From a virus (Duplodnaviria > Heunggongvirae > Uroviricota > Caudoviricetes): 64,000 bases of DNA. Location of the stretch: the IMG/VR virus record IMGVR_UViG_3300034093_001947. One strand, given 5' to 3'. Below the pieces are notes generated by a model that saw only the letters and a list, made by a program, of their open reading frames with translations, was not told where the DNA came from and made no database searches. Every line of letters begins with the position of its first letter. Position 1 is the stretch's first letter. The position numbers and the translations under genes are program-made. This document shows, piece after piece, positions 63,872-64,000 of this stretch.

Positions 63872-63948
63872 ACCCGCGTAACTCAGTGGACTAGAGTACT
63901 ACGCTACGAACGTAGGAGTCGGAGGTTCGAATCCTTCCGTGGGTGCCA
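63872..63948 (+). tRNA. tRNA-Arg (anticodon ACG)
   Basis: Acceptor ACCCGCG/CGTGGGT, D-arm ACTC-AGTGGACTA-GAGT, anticodon arm CTACG-CTACGAA-CGTAG, T-arm GGAGG-TTCGAAT-CCTTC, CCA encoded. Confidence 0.75.
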
Positions 63949-64000
63949 AGTACTTGGTTAGCATATTGATAGATCGTTGCATAGAGGGTCTATATACACA

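Noticed and set aside
1-64000. Search for CRISPR arrays, integrase or transposase genes, and att-like repeats indicating a prophage or mobile island
   Set aside because: No regularly spaced direct repeats, no tyrosine or serine recombinase or DDE transposase motifs, and uniform composition. The window looks like contiguous lytic-phage DNA.

Overview
This window reads as a segment of a large T4-like (rIIA/rIIB-carrying) myovirus genome with about 40% GC. Coding density is high and there are no integrase, transposase or CRISPR signatures. From the left: a nucleotide-metabolism block (nrdB, glutaredoxin, thyX, dCMP deaminase); a probable two-piece (permuted) tmRNA with tag ANDSQFALAA; LpxH-like and GT2 genes with an outer-membrane beta-barrel and AcpS; then ClpX, ribosomal protein S21 and a DEDD exonuclease. 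On the minus strand sits a 5-aminolevulinate synthase, followed by a radical-SAM gene and a DD-carboxypeptidase. Next is a tandem array of five overlapping paralogous small genes ending in MF[LI]LRW, with a sixth copy at 16.1 kb. After that come an NAD+ salvage block (NadM-Nudix, macro domain, Nampt), an AAA ATPase with rIIA (725 aa) and rIIB, and an ADP-heptose-like sugar-activation module. Further on are Hsp20, ClpS, a beta-ketoacyl-ACP synthase and a bilin cassette (heme oxygenase plus two ferredoxin-dependent bilin reductases). The most unusual block is a curli-like amyloid secretion cassette at 41.2-46.4 kb: CsgF, CsgG, a curlin-repeat subunit, a FecR-domain protein and a discoidin-curlin fusion. 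Downstream are a CHASE2-adenylate cyclase, a small membrane-protein cluster that may be lysis genes, AhpC/AhpD, a minus-strand CDP-dideoxyhexose-like biosynthesis operon, three tandem consensus sigma70 promoters, and a cluster of about 18 tRNAs. The tRNA cluster contains duplicated and chimeric tRNA pieces and two covarying hairpin elements. All calls are from manual motif reading of the supplied ORF translations and the raw sequence; no database search was run.
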